Assembly (NCBI RefSeq): GCF_024521635.1 | Contig: NW_026250413.1 | Span: 496,001-560,000, forward strand | DNA length: 64,000 bases | Direction of reading: 5' to 3' | DNA from: Tricharina praecox | Lineage: Eukaryota | Part shown: positions 1-10,122 of the stretch, piece by piece | Layout of the letters: each line of letters begins with the position of its first letter | Numbering within the stretch: the first letter of the stretch is position 1 | Notes under the pieces: model-generated | Databases searched by the model: none | What the model was told of the DNA's origin: nothing | Seen by the model: the letters and a program-made list of their open reading frames with translations, nothing else | Made by a program: the position numbers and the translations under genes

Positions 1-1150
1 ACGGATCACCGCTTCCGTCCGAACTCTATCACTGGACCAGCTGGAGCCTGGAGCGGCCGAGAGATAGGCTCCAATGCGCCATGGAAAGACTAGAAAAGCT
101 ACTCCTGGAGAAAAAAAAAACATGCCCGCCATGTGATAAGGTATGCTACACGCATAGTTGGGGTTGTTCAGCCCCACCACCCAGACACAACTACATGTGA
201 AATTCTGGGCCATTGGAGCAGGGCCGCCAGCTATTCACCAGTTCTTATAGAGTAGTATCGCGCCACAATACACACGTCAAGATAAGCTTTTCGGCTGAAC
301 GAAACGGGTAACGGCTATGTGCTAGTAACTACTCGCTTGTTCGGGACACCTTCTCTTTCCCAACGTCCTGTGATCATCCACAGGACCGCTGGGTTGTACC
401 ACCAACTACGTCTCGTTGCTGAGCAAATGCTAATCACAGCTTCCGCAGGTTTGGGTTTGTATAACCACCGCCGCACCCGCAAATAGACACTGCCGGTACA
501 TACTAAAACTACTTCCCGGGAAACTGGGTGTGGAGGTCGGCTTTGTCACTGGGAACTGCTGAACATGTGTCAAGTCCGATGGGCTCAGATGCGGAACTGC
601 CAGGTCCGAACGGCCTGGACGTGGCCGGAAAAAAGCCATCCTCCGCACTGATGGCAATGTGGTTCGGGGAAACCGTAATATCCAAAGTTTTTGCACGACA
701 ACAAAGTTCCCCGGGTTTATAATATCTATATAATGTATATGCACTACGAACGGCACATCTACGGGCCAAAAGTCTGACCAGGAGAACGACGAAACCCCCA
801 AGCTTCTGCCAGCAATCACTCGCTGCTACATACCATGATAACAAATAGGTAGTAGCCCGAGCAAGGAAAATGAACCTATCGTAACTCCCAGTCTCCCACA
901 GCCAAATGGGACTATCTATATGTATTGTACAGATTACACAAGTATTAGAGAAAGGGATCAAGAATGCGGCAGACCGAAAAACGCCACAACATGTTTTCTA
1001 CTCAACAATAGTGACCACGGCAGAACAACATATGGATGTAAAAGGAAACTGGCATTTCCCTCAGAAAAATGAAATACGGTAAACGAGCCCACCAGACGCC
1101 GAAGAGCAAACAAAATCCTCTGCAATCCACCACTCAAACGCTCCACTGAC

Positions 1151-3975
1151 CTACGGCGTACGTTCGTCCCCCGAGTCGTAATTTGAGCCCGAATTTGGCG
1201 TCTCCACCTTTTTGCTATCGGCAACGACGCACATTGGGCACACCCAGTTCATGGACCACCGGGTGACCTGGTAACACGAGCGATGAAACCACCGCGTGGA
1301 ACAACTCTGCAGGTTCACGTTAGCTGCTTGGTGGTGGTGGTTAGGCGTGCAGGATCTGGAAAAAATCTCACCTTTCCGCGGCAGAGCACCATCTGCGTCC
1401 GATCCCACGGTCCCTTACAAATGCAGATGCCGAAGGGGGACGCCGTTTTATCTGCCAGTGCTTTGGCTGCGAATTGCTTCACTTTGTTGGCCTGGCCGAG
1501 TTGACTCGCCGATAGCAGGTCACTTTCGGCATCGACATCGATCGTATCCCCGCGCGTTACACGCCCCGGTCTCCGCATGCTTGACCGCCTCCGGTTCGCC
1601 ATTGCCACCGGCGATGGCGGCGGCGAAGGACTCGGCTCGTCCAGCACATAGGGGCCTTTGAGTCCGACACCGCACTCGGTCTTCCCCGCCGACGACCAGT
1701 TGTCCTTGCCGCCCTTGACGACTTCCATCACCACGCGCAGGCACTCGGCATCGATTGTGCGGTACTGGATTTGGTTCAAACAGTGCTTCCAGAATTCGAC
1801 AAAAAGTGGCCCGCTGCAGAGAAGTTCCCGGTGTTTCTTTGCGAAGCGGTACACCGAGGGGCCGAGGTGGGACATGCTGGGTATTCTGTTTTCTCGTTAA
1901 ATTCATTCAGTCTCAGTCTCAAGAACCCTCGGAACGCAAAACCATGCAGAGGAGTTTACCGTTCTTCGAACATGTGCTTATCCCACAACTTCATGAAGGT
2001 GTGCTCAGTCTTAGCTATGTCTTCGAAATCACAGATCGTCTGCCATGGAGGGGTCAGTAAGCAGGACTCCAAACAACATCAACTTCACAAGCTCCCAGCA
2101 GAAAACCACGTATTATGGTGACACCTGCCGACAATCCCCAACTGGCGGGATGGTTGAAGTTCACTTCACGGTTTGTCTGTCACAACCCGGCCGTCCAACG
2201 GACAACTTCAGAGAATTTGAGATTTGCCAACACTCTCCCACTGCCATTGGACAGGAATCGCCGCCAAAAGACTACACCGACTACGAGATTGGTACACACC
2301 TCTTCGTGCTTTCGAAACAACCATTCTTCATCGACGTCATCGTCGCTGTCACTCAATACCTCCCCAACCTCAACGTATCGTTTGGACACGGTCCGCACGT
2401 AGACCAGTCCCTTCTCTGTATGTCGAGGCTTCTTCACCAGAAACCTTCTCTTTTCCCTCTGAGTAACATCACGTATATCGTTCCAGTCGAAATGCCTCTT
2501 CATTCCCGCCGGTTCGGGGAATTCGGGGCCTGCAACTGGGCGGTTGGCCGCAACAGTGCCTTTCCTCTCGTTCATCCAACTCCAATCACCCTTCAGTATC
2601 CTGTTGACATCAAATTCTCTGGTTGGCCTGACCCAGGTCATTATTCTGTGGTCCGGGGTGTGGTCACTAGCCCTGCTATGTGTCGTGTCCCGGGCTAAAT
2701 CTACGACAACTTTGATATACAGGTCGGCGTACTGGTCGCCGCTGCGCAAACCCGGCTGCGGCTTCCTGGACGTGACCTTGAAGTGAAACAGCGCGTGGGC
2801 AGTAACAAAATGAAAGTGCAAGTATTTCACAGAAGGGAACTGTCGTCCATCGCATAGGCAACAACCGAATCCTGGGGTGGTAAACGTGTGCTGACCTTTC
2901 GAATCCGGCGGGCCAAACGTACTCCGTCCGTTCCTGACTTCGGCGACGAAAGTGTAGCAAGTCAGTATGGTATTGAAACTCGACGCTGCTTCAAGAGCCC
3001 TTCCGTCCGAGCCCGGAGTCGCTTGTCTCTTAGGTTTCTGCTGCCGTAGTAGCAAACGCTTCCTCGGATTCCGCCATCCAGTCTCTATCACTACACTCAG
3101 ATGGGCGCTGTTCTTGCCGACCACTCCTGCCGACCTGAAGAAAACTCTGGTCGGAGGCGTGTTGCTGGGTGGTTTGAGCCTATGGGTTTCGAACCATACG
3201 ACGACTTCAACGTTCTTAGCGTTACGCCCGAAGCCCGGGTCTCCCGTATGAAGGGGTGGCCATGTGCTCGCATGGTCAACGGCGGATATCGCGAGCTCGT
3301 AACGGTATCTATCAGCTACTCTGAATTCTGGCTTCCCGTCGTCGCTCTCGATCGTTGCGCGCAACTTGCTGATCCCCAAAATGAACCAATCATCCATGTC
3401 TACTGTGGCCGAGTCCTCGGTGTCGTATGTGATGGTGCCCATCTCCGTTTCACAATGTAGCTGTTGCGTGTAAGAGATATCGGCTGGCGTTGTGCCGTCC
3501 TTGAGGTACCAGACCGTCAATTTGACAATACACCGAAACGACATCGGACCCGACGCTGCCTCTTCCACGAGATCATCAGCACTTCCGCCACTCCACCCCA
3601 TCAAGCCGAACAGGAAACGTTACGGGTAGATGTGGCTGCGCTGTTCCTCGGGGCGGAGGAGGTGCGTTTTACGGCGACGACATTGATTTTGAGTCTCGCC
3701 TCGTCCTTTGGCGGCTGCAGTTTGTTGCAAATCTCGGCGATGGTTTCCCCGCGTGGCCGCTGGACTTCAGGGGCGGGTTTCCTCCTCTGCCGACTCGAAG
3801 CCCCGGGCTCTTGGGCGTCCCAGCTGGCCTCGTGCGTGGTCGCGTTCGCTTTGAGAACCGCATTGATGTTCCGCGGCAGGAACACTCGCTGCCGGTAACA
3901 GTACTGCTCCCGGTAGAAGGTGATGTTGCCCGTAAACTTTCGCCGTGCCGTCTCGTTGAACATCGGTGGAGGCAT
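1151..3975 (-). CDS. SUZ12: SUZ12-like Polycomb (PRC2) subunit: C2H2 zinc finger + VEFS box + C-terminal PHD finger, 5 exons
   Basis: Zn finger CCLCDGRQFPSVKYLHFHFVTAH. VEFS box SDSDDDVDEEWL..DFEDIAKTEHTFMKLWDKH is built across introns 2040-2299 and 1886-1959. Intron 1307-1371 joins CICKG..MVLCRGK to SCSTRWFHRSC..WVCPMC. First intron lies near 3556-3622. Confidence 0.85.
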
Positions 3976-4259
3976 GGCTCGGCGGGCCCTGACGTGTGGA
4001 ACTAAACAATCGAGCGGGTGAGTAAGTGGGGGTGTGCACGCCGTGTCTGCATTCGTTAGCCAGAGTCGGCCAAGAAGGAAGACTCAATGGGGGAGGGGAC
4101 ACGCGCGCATACCTCGGTGGATGGGACTTTGTCGAGCAGTGTGAAGTTTAAGGACAGTCGTAGTCGCTGGGTCTACTGGAGGGGCAGGCAATTCGCGGAT
4201 TTCGGGTTCTGCGGGACCGGGAAGAAGTTGGAGGAGCTGTTAAGTTTCGGAGTGGAAGT

Positions 4260-4355
4260 TTTCGTCGTGGTCGTGGTCGTCTTCCGTGGTCGTGGTCGTC
4301 TTCCGTGGTCGTGGTCGTCTTCCGTCGTGGTCGTGGTCGTCTTCCGTCGTCGTCG
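4260..4355. repeat. Minisatellite of 19-22-nt units (cttccgt[cgt]ggtcgtggtcgt)
   Basis: About 4-5 near-identical units seen directly, upstream of the SUZ12 start. Confidence 0.85.
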
Positions 4356-5052
4356 CGCGTAACGCTTATGCTCGGCGAGGGTAAGATCACTGCTGTGGAA
4401 GTGCTCTAGATCAACACCAACGGGTTCTGTTAGTGTCGCGGAATATACCGAGACATCCCAACACAAACCACATGCTTGGACGTCGCCATAACAATTGATC
4501 TGCAGTGACACCGATTCCTCAGCGAATGCCAAGAAAAAACAGTGTCTTTTCAGGATACTTTTATTATTATTTCAAAATGAGACTGATGATTGTACATGTA
4601 TGAGCACCGCACTCACTCTTCCGATACGAACTACGTCGTAGTGAGCAGATATCGAACGCAGGGCTCCACATTGGCCGTTTCCCACAACAAATCGTGGGCA
4701 TCTAACGATGTGGCCCATAGTTAACTACAGCAGCTAGGTAACTTACAATAACCTCTAATCAGCGTCAGCCATCCGATTCCGTACATAAGGAAATATCACT
4801 GGGTGAATGTCTGCATCAGTTTGAATTAAAGCCTAGGTATCAATTTGCGGTCATTGTCGAATGAATGCTAGTCAGCGAGCAACGAAAGAAAGAAACAAAG
4901 AAAAAACCGCAAATTCAATTAGTACTCTCCACGCCTCTGGATTGACACCGGCCCTTCCGTCGGTCCGCTGCCGTGAGTTCAATCCCGCTGCACGTCAGTA
5001 CATACCATCACCCCATACTATGTATACCTACCTGGTATGATAGTACATACCA

Positions 5053-5814
5053 TCACCCAAGCCGATGCAACCTCGCAATACGCAGCCATTCCTCATCCGC
5101 ATCACTCGGGACCTGGAAATGGCCGCCCAGGCGACGACCGTCGCCGACGAAGCCCCTGCCGTCGATGGGCTCGTTGGGCATCCTCACTTGCGGGGGATTG
5201 TTGATGGTTGCGGGGTTATTGCCGCCGCCGTAGCCTGGTCTTCTACCTGGAGGGCCACGACGGGGTGGTGCTGCTGCTGCTGGTGGTAGGACCGGTGGAG
5301 CCCGGCCACCAGCCCGGGGATGCTCGCGGTGATGGTCCCATCCTCCCAGAGCCTGCGGACGCCGACCATGGCCGTGGTCGTGGTCTTGATGGTGGCGGCC
5401 ATCTCCCTGTCTCTCCGGCTGGCGATCATCACCCTGCAGGGACATAAGCAAATAATACTGATCCTTAAGCCCCTTTAGATATCCGTGGAAATCCGCACCA
5501 TGCCTTCCGAAGAGATTATGCGTCAGCTCATGCAGGAGGGTGCCCAACAGGTCCTCCTCAGGCCTGAACTGGTTTATCCCGCGGTGGTTGTTCTTGCGCA
5601 GGCCGATGCAGATCCACCAGCCCTGGCCGTAGTTGCGGCCCAGGAGACGCTCCTCTGGCTGTGGCAGGAACTCGGTTAGGTGCTCGACGAAGAGACCACG
5701 GGATATCATTATCGGCTCGACGATTCGCGCGAGACGCGTGAGGAGGGCTAATGCCTCCCCGGCGTTATGCAGGTGCGGCATCACGGTTATATGGCCGAAG
5801 ACGTTGCGCAACAT
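5053..5814 (-). CDS. Wss1-like WLM-domain zinc metalloprotease, copy 1 (intact, with SHP-box-like motif)
   Basis: LARIVEPIM, LTEFLP..LLGRNYGQG..ICIGLR, TLLHELTHNLFGRHGADF (HExxH..H); C-terminal FVGDGRRLGG. Confidence 0.88.
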   Translation of the reverse strand: MLRNVFGHITVMPHLHNAGEALALLTRLARIVEPIMISRGLFVEHLTEFLPQPEERLLGRNYGQGWWICIGLRKNNHRGINQFRPEEDLLGTLLHELTHNLFGRHGADFHGYLKGLKDQYYLLMSLQGDDRQPERQGDGRHHQDHDHGHGRRPQALGGWDHHREHPRAGGRAPPVLPPAAAAPPRRGPPGRRPGYGGGNNPATINNPPQVRMPNEPIDGRGFVGDGRRLGGHFQVPSDADEEWLRIARLHRLG

Positions 5815-6750
5815 TGTGTGGGTGGTTTCCCAGCTGGGTTCGCAGTGCTCGTTATTGGAAACTAGATGTAAGTGAAGGGGTTGAGTTTCTTCTGGTCCTT
5901 GATCTGGTGTGAGGTATGTATCTGTCTTTGTTCAGTGTGATTTTGAAGTCAGCGTGTATTGTGAGGAGAAGAAAAGGGAAGCCGTGGGTGACCGGCCCTG
6001 CTTATAACCATATGGGCTTCTTTAAATATGGCACTCGGCCAGAGCACTTGAATCTTGCGGCGTGGATCTTGGACCTTCCCGCCCATTCCAGGTATCTTGA
6101 AGAAGAAGCTGCGGTACTGCTTTCGCTGCCGGATGCAGTCGGATTCTTCACCTCCATCCTTGGAGTGCTCCGGAAGTTTTGGAATTCTTGCCCGTTTCAC
6201 TGCCGAGGCCCTATACCGCTCGGCAGTAGGGATAACTAACAGCGCACGCACTGCGCGTGACCTTGCGGGCACGCGACGTACATAGAAAGGCAGGTGCACC
6301 GTGCTCGAAGTATGTATCAGGTAGTTGCCTACTACCTGCCGTTGCCCGGATACGACCGGCGAGGGAAGTTAGGTCTCCCAGGTATGTAATTTAGTAGTGA
6401 GCCGACCAACCACTGCCAATCACCCCGCCGTCACTCGCAAACGGCGCTCTTTGCGATGTTGGCGCATATGTTGCAGTGAAGTAACCACAGACGTTGAGCA
6501 AACGCGCCACCGTGCCCACTGCCGCGCTACCCCATACCTACCATATGGAGCAGTGTACTAAAGTCAAAAGCATTATGGCAGCCATATATGAGGGCGATTT
6601 TGACACAACACTCTTGACGAAAAAATACTAATGTATTATTACTTTAAAATGAGACTGATGATTGCACACGATATCGATGTGGCCCATAACTTAGTTACAG
6701 CAGCTTGGTATATCATAACCGCGAATCAGCGTCAGCCATCCGATTCCGTA

Positions 6751-6934
6751 CCAGGAGCTGCCAAAAAGTGGTGCCTCACCACCATTACGAATTCTGAGCA
6801 CTAGTCTGTACTAGGAGCGTACTAAGCCAGATACAATGAGATGAGTGAGGGATTGTGACTAAGTTGTAAGGGGGGAAAACGCTAAGCTGTATAGGGGAAA
6901 AACTGGTGAGGCAGCACTTACCCTTACACCCGAG
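6751..6934. mobile_element. 184-bp MITE, Tc1/mariner-like (TA target-site duplication)
   Basis: Absent from unit 1, which reads ccgTAcataagg. Here flanked by TA at 6749-6750 and 6935-6936. Inverted repeat agtggtgcctcacca / tggtgaggcagcact sits at the same distance from each end. Confidence 0.8.
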
Positions 6935-7414
6935 TACATAAGGGAATATCACTGGATCCGGTTCGTCGATGCAAGCTTAATGCTTCTGGTAAGAAATATC
7001 ATTTGGTTATAGGTATTGGGGGTATTGGGGGTACCATCGTACGGACAGGATTCGAGTGAACCGGATGGACTTCTCGACCAATATTGGACTCAAGATATTC
7101 ACTGCCGACTAGCCATTCACCCCGTGCACCAAGAGCCACCAACCGAGAAGGAAACTTTAAACCATACAGTACTCTAGACGTTGAACCAGAAGTGAAGCTC
7201 TGCTTCGGTTTGAATCAAAGCCAAGTAGGTATTAATTTGCGGTCATTATAGAATGAATGCTAGTTAGCGAGCAACGAAAAAAGAAAAGAAAAACGGCAAA
7301 TCCAATCAAAATCGGTAGTACTCTTCATGTCTCCATGTCTCCAGGATTGACATCTACCCTTCCGTCCGTCCGTCAACGTGAGTTCAATCCCGCCGCACGT
7401 CAGTACATAGGTAG

Positions 7415-7918
7415 TTACCAATAGTACATACCATCATGGTCCCGTCCTCCGGGCACCTGCGGACGTCGCCCAGGGTCGCGGTCGCGGTCTTGGTGGTAGC
7501 GGCCGTCTCCCTGTCTCTCCGGCTGGCGATCATCACCCTGCAGGGACATGAGCAGATAATACTGCTCCTTCAGCCCCCTTAGATATGCGTGAAAATTCGC
7601 GTCATGCGGTCCGAAGTGATTATGCGTCAGCTCATGTAGCAGGGTGTCCAGTAGATCCTCCTCAGGCCTGAACTGGTTTATTCCCCGGTGGTTGTTCTTG
7701 CGCAGGCCGATGCAGATCCACCAGCCCTGGCCGTAGTTGAGGCCCAGGAGATTCTCTTCTGGCTGTGGCAGGAACTCCGTGAGGCGCGACACGAAGAGAC
7801 CACGGGATATCATTATCGGCTCGACGATTCGCGCGAGACGCGTGAGTAGGGCGAACGCCTGATCGGCATGAGGCAGGTGAGGTATCACGGCTATATCGCC
7901 GAAGACGTTTCGTGACAT
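7415..7918 (-). CDS. Wss1-like WLM metalloprotease, copy 2 (C-terminally shortened, 167 aa)
   Basis: MSRNVFG start aligns with the copy 1 ATG; LLGLNYGQG and TLLHELTHNHFGPHDANF are intact; the tail is deleted relative to copy 1. Confidence 0.82.
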   Translation of the reverse strand: MSRNVFGDIAVIPHLPHADQAFALLTRLARIVEPIMISRGLFVSRLTEFLPQPEENLLGLNYGQGWWICIGLRKNNHRGINQFRPEEDLLDTLLHELTHNHFGPHDANFHAYLRGLKEQYYLLMSLQGDDRQPERQGDGRYHQDRDRDPGRRPQVPGGRDHDGMYYW

Positions 7919-8644
7919 TTTTGGGTGGTTTTCTTGCTGGGTAGTGGTGATCGTTGTGGAAACTAGATTGATGTGAAGAGGTTGAGTTGCTTCTTGGCCT
8001 TTGATCTGGTATGTATCAGTCTTTGTTCCGTACGTCAAGTTCAGCGTGGATAGGGAGGGTAGGAGGAAGAAAAGGGAAGCCGTGGGAGACCGCCCTGCTT
8101 ATAACCCTCAGAGCTTCTTCAAAGATGGCACCCGACCAGAGCACTTGAATCTTGCGGTGTGCATGATTCCGAGAGTCTTGGAATTCTTGTCTGTGTCACT
8201 GCCCAGGCCCCATACCGCTCGGGAGTAAAGCATAACTGACTAGCAGCGTACTCTGATTCGTGACCCTGAGGGCACGCGACGTACATAGAAAGGCAGGTGC
8301 ACCGTGCTCGAAGTATGTATCAGGTAGTTGCCTACTACCTGCCGTTGCCCGGATACGACCGGCGAGGGAAGTTAGGTCTCCCACTGCCAGGTATGTAATT
8401 TAGTAGCGACCCGACCACTGCCAATCCCCCCGCCGTCACTCGCAGACGGTGCTCTTTGCGATGTTGACGCATATGTTGCAGTGAAGTAACCACAGACGTT
8501 GAGCAAACGCACCACTGTGCCCACTACCGCGCAACCGCGCTACCCCATACCTACCATATGGAGCAGTGTACTAAGGTCAAAAGCATTATGGCAGCCATAT
8601 ATGAGGGCGATTTTGACACAACACTCTTGACGAAAAAATACTAA

Positions 8645-8853
8645 GGGCCCATTTGGATAGCCTCAGTTTTTGGGAAAACTGAGCAACAAAACTGTAACCC
8701 TGTTTGGATGGTACAAAAGCTTAATAAAGAAGAACTGAAACTGTGCGGCTCCAGCGACGAAACTGGTACTGACCTCGGGGAGGTTATTTTTTTGCCGCCA
8801 CACAGGACCCGTTTGGATGGCTTCGGTTTGCAGTTCCAGTTTTAGAGCGAAAT
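8645..8853. mobile_element. One end of a PIF/Harbinger (Tourist)-like element; other end missing
   Basis: Begins GGGCCCATTTGGATAG immediately after TAA; internal gtttggatgg repeats near 8702 and 8811; replaces sequence present in the sister units. Confidence 0.55.
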
Positions 8854-9026
8854 AGGAGATTCTCTTCTGGCTGTGGCAGGAACTCCGTGAGGCGCGACAC
8901 GAAGAGACCACGGGATATCATCATCGGCTCGACGATTCGCGCGAGACGCGTGAGTAGGGCGAACGCCTGATCGGCATGAGGCAGGTGAGGTATCACGGCT
9001 ATATCGCCGAAGACGTTTCGTGACAT
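8854..9026 (-). pseudogene. WLM metalloprotease copy 3, truncated before the HExxH site
   Basis: About 57 codons nearly identical to copy 2, then cut off by the 8645-8853 insertion. Confidence 0.88.
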
Positions 9027-9335
9027 TGTTGGGTGGTTTTCTTGCTGGGTAGTGGTGATCGTTGTGGAAACTAGATTGATGTGAAGAGGTTGAGTTGCTT
9101 CTGGTCCTTGATCTGGTATGTGTGTGTCCGTCTTTGTTCAGTATGTTGAAGCGTGAATGGTGACGGGCAAGAGAAGGGAAGCCGTGGGCGACTGACCCTG
9201 CTTATAAGTTATAACCTGAAGGGCTTCCTCAAAGATGGCACTCGGCCAGAACACTTGAATCTTGCAGCATGGATCTTGGACCTTCCTGCCCATTCCAGGT
9301 ATCTCGAAGCCGCGGTAGTCAGTGCCTTCGCTGCC

Positions 9336-10122
9336 TGACTCCCAAGTCGAAGTTGTAAATTCGTATCCGTTTCCGAAATCCGCAGGCGCAGTCCCGCGCC
9401 TGACCAGTGCGCCTGGGCCGTAGTTCGGTAATGCAGGTCTCCAACGGCGGTGTATGTGGCCTTGCCATCACCTAGACCATATTCAAATTTTTTGTTCCTC
9501 TGTTTAATCAGAATCATCAAGTGGCCCTATTTGGCTTTCTCTGCCCCCGCCGTGGCCTGTTCCAGCGATATATGAGTGCACTAAGGAAATGACACTAGGA
9601 AAAGACAAATTCCACTCCCTCGACTCGTCTCTGCCTCACCGCAAGCCACTAGTCGTCGTCGCCGCTTCCTGCCTCTTCCAAAAGGGATGCATTGAAAGAA
9701 AGTGTGGGGAGGAACAGCGGGCCTGAGCTCGGCTCCTCAACCCCAGCACCATCCTCCTCCTCTCGCCTCAGTTCCGCCTTCCTTTCTTCCCGCCCCCTGA
9801 GCTCCCACTCGGAAACCTCGCTCTCTGTATCTTCCTCAGCGGTCTCAGGCATCTATCTGCCCACATCAGCGGAAGAGAGTAATTCCAGAATCGCCTTGCT
9901 GCAGCGCTCGTCTGCGAAGAGGTTCTGGATCTTGAATCGATCTTTGCCCCTCCTCGTCTGCTTCCGGACCTGGGCCCACAGAATTTTCTGCTGGCTCTTC
10001 AATTCGGGGCGGTTCTTGAAAAGGTGCTCCCGGGTCTGAGTCTTGTAGCGGCACCATCCGTAACGGGCGTCTGGTCGGCCTGTTGTCCACTGGAAGTACT
10101 GGCCGGTGAGGCAGTTTCCTGT
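9336..10122 (-). mobile_element. 5'-truncated, degenerate non-LTR retrotransposon (LINE) 3' end
   Basis: TGNCLTGQY..RYGWCRYKTQTREHLFKNRP..LFADERCSKAILELL resembles the decayed CCHC-type C-terminus of fungal LINE ORF2. Flanked by 18-bp direct repeats 9318-9335 and 10123-10140 (16/18 identical). Absent from unit 1. Confidence 0.75.

Noticed and set aside
430-961. Overlapping 129-aa and 150-aa minus-strand ORFs
   Set aside because: No recognisable motif or convincing splice structure.
2045-2698. 217-aa plus-strand ORF
   Set aside because: Antisense shadow of the SUZ12 exons.
5949-6299. 116-aa ORF upstream of WLM copy 1
   Set aside because: Frame is not preserved in the sister units; treated as non-coding upstream DNA.
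7919-8038. N-terminal extension of WLM copy 2 in the ORF track
   Set aside because: TTG start; the ATG at 7918 aligns with copies 1 and 3.
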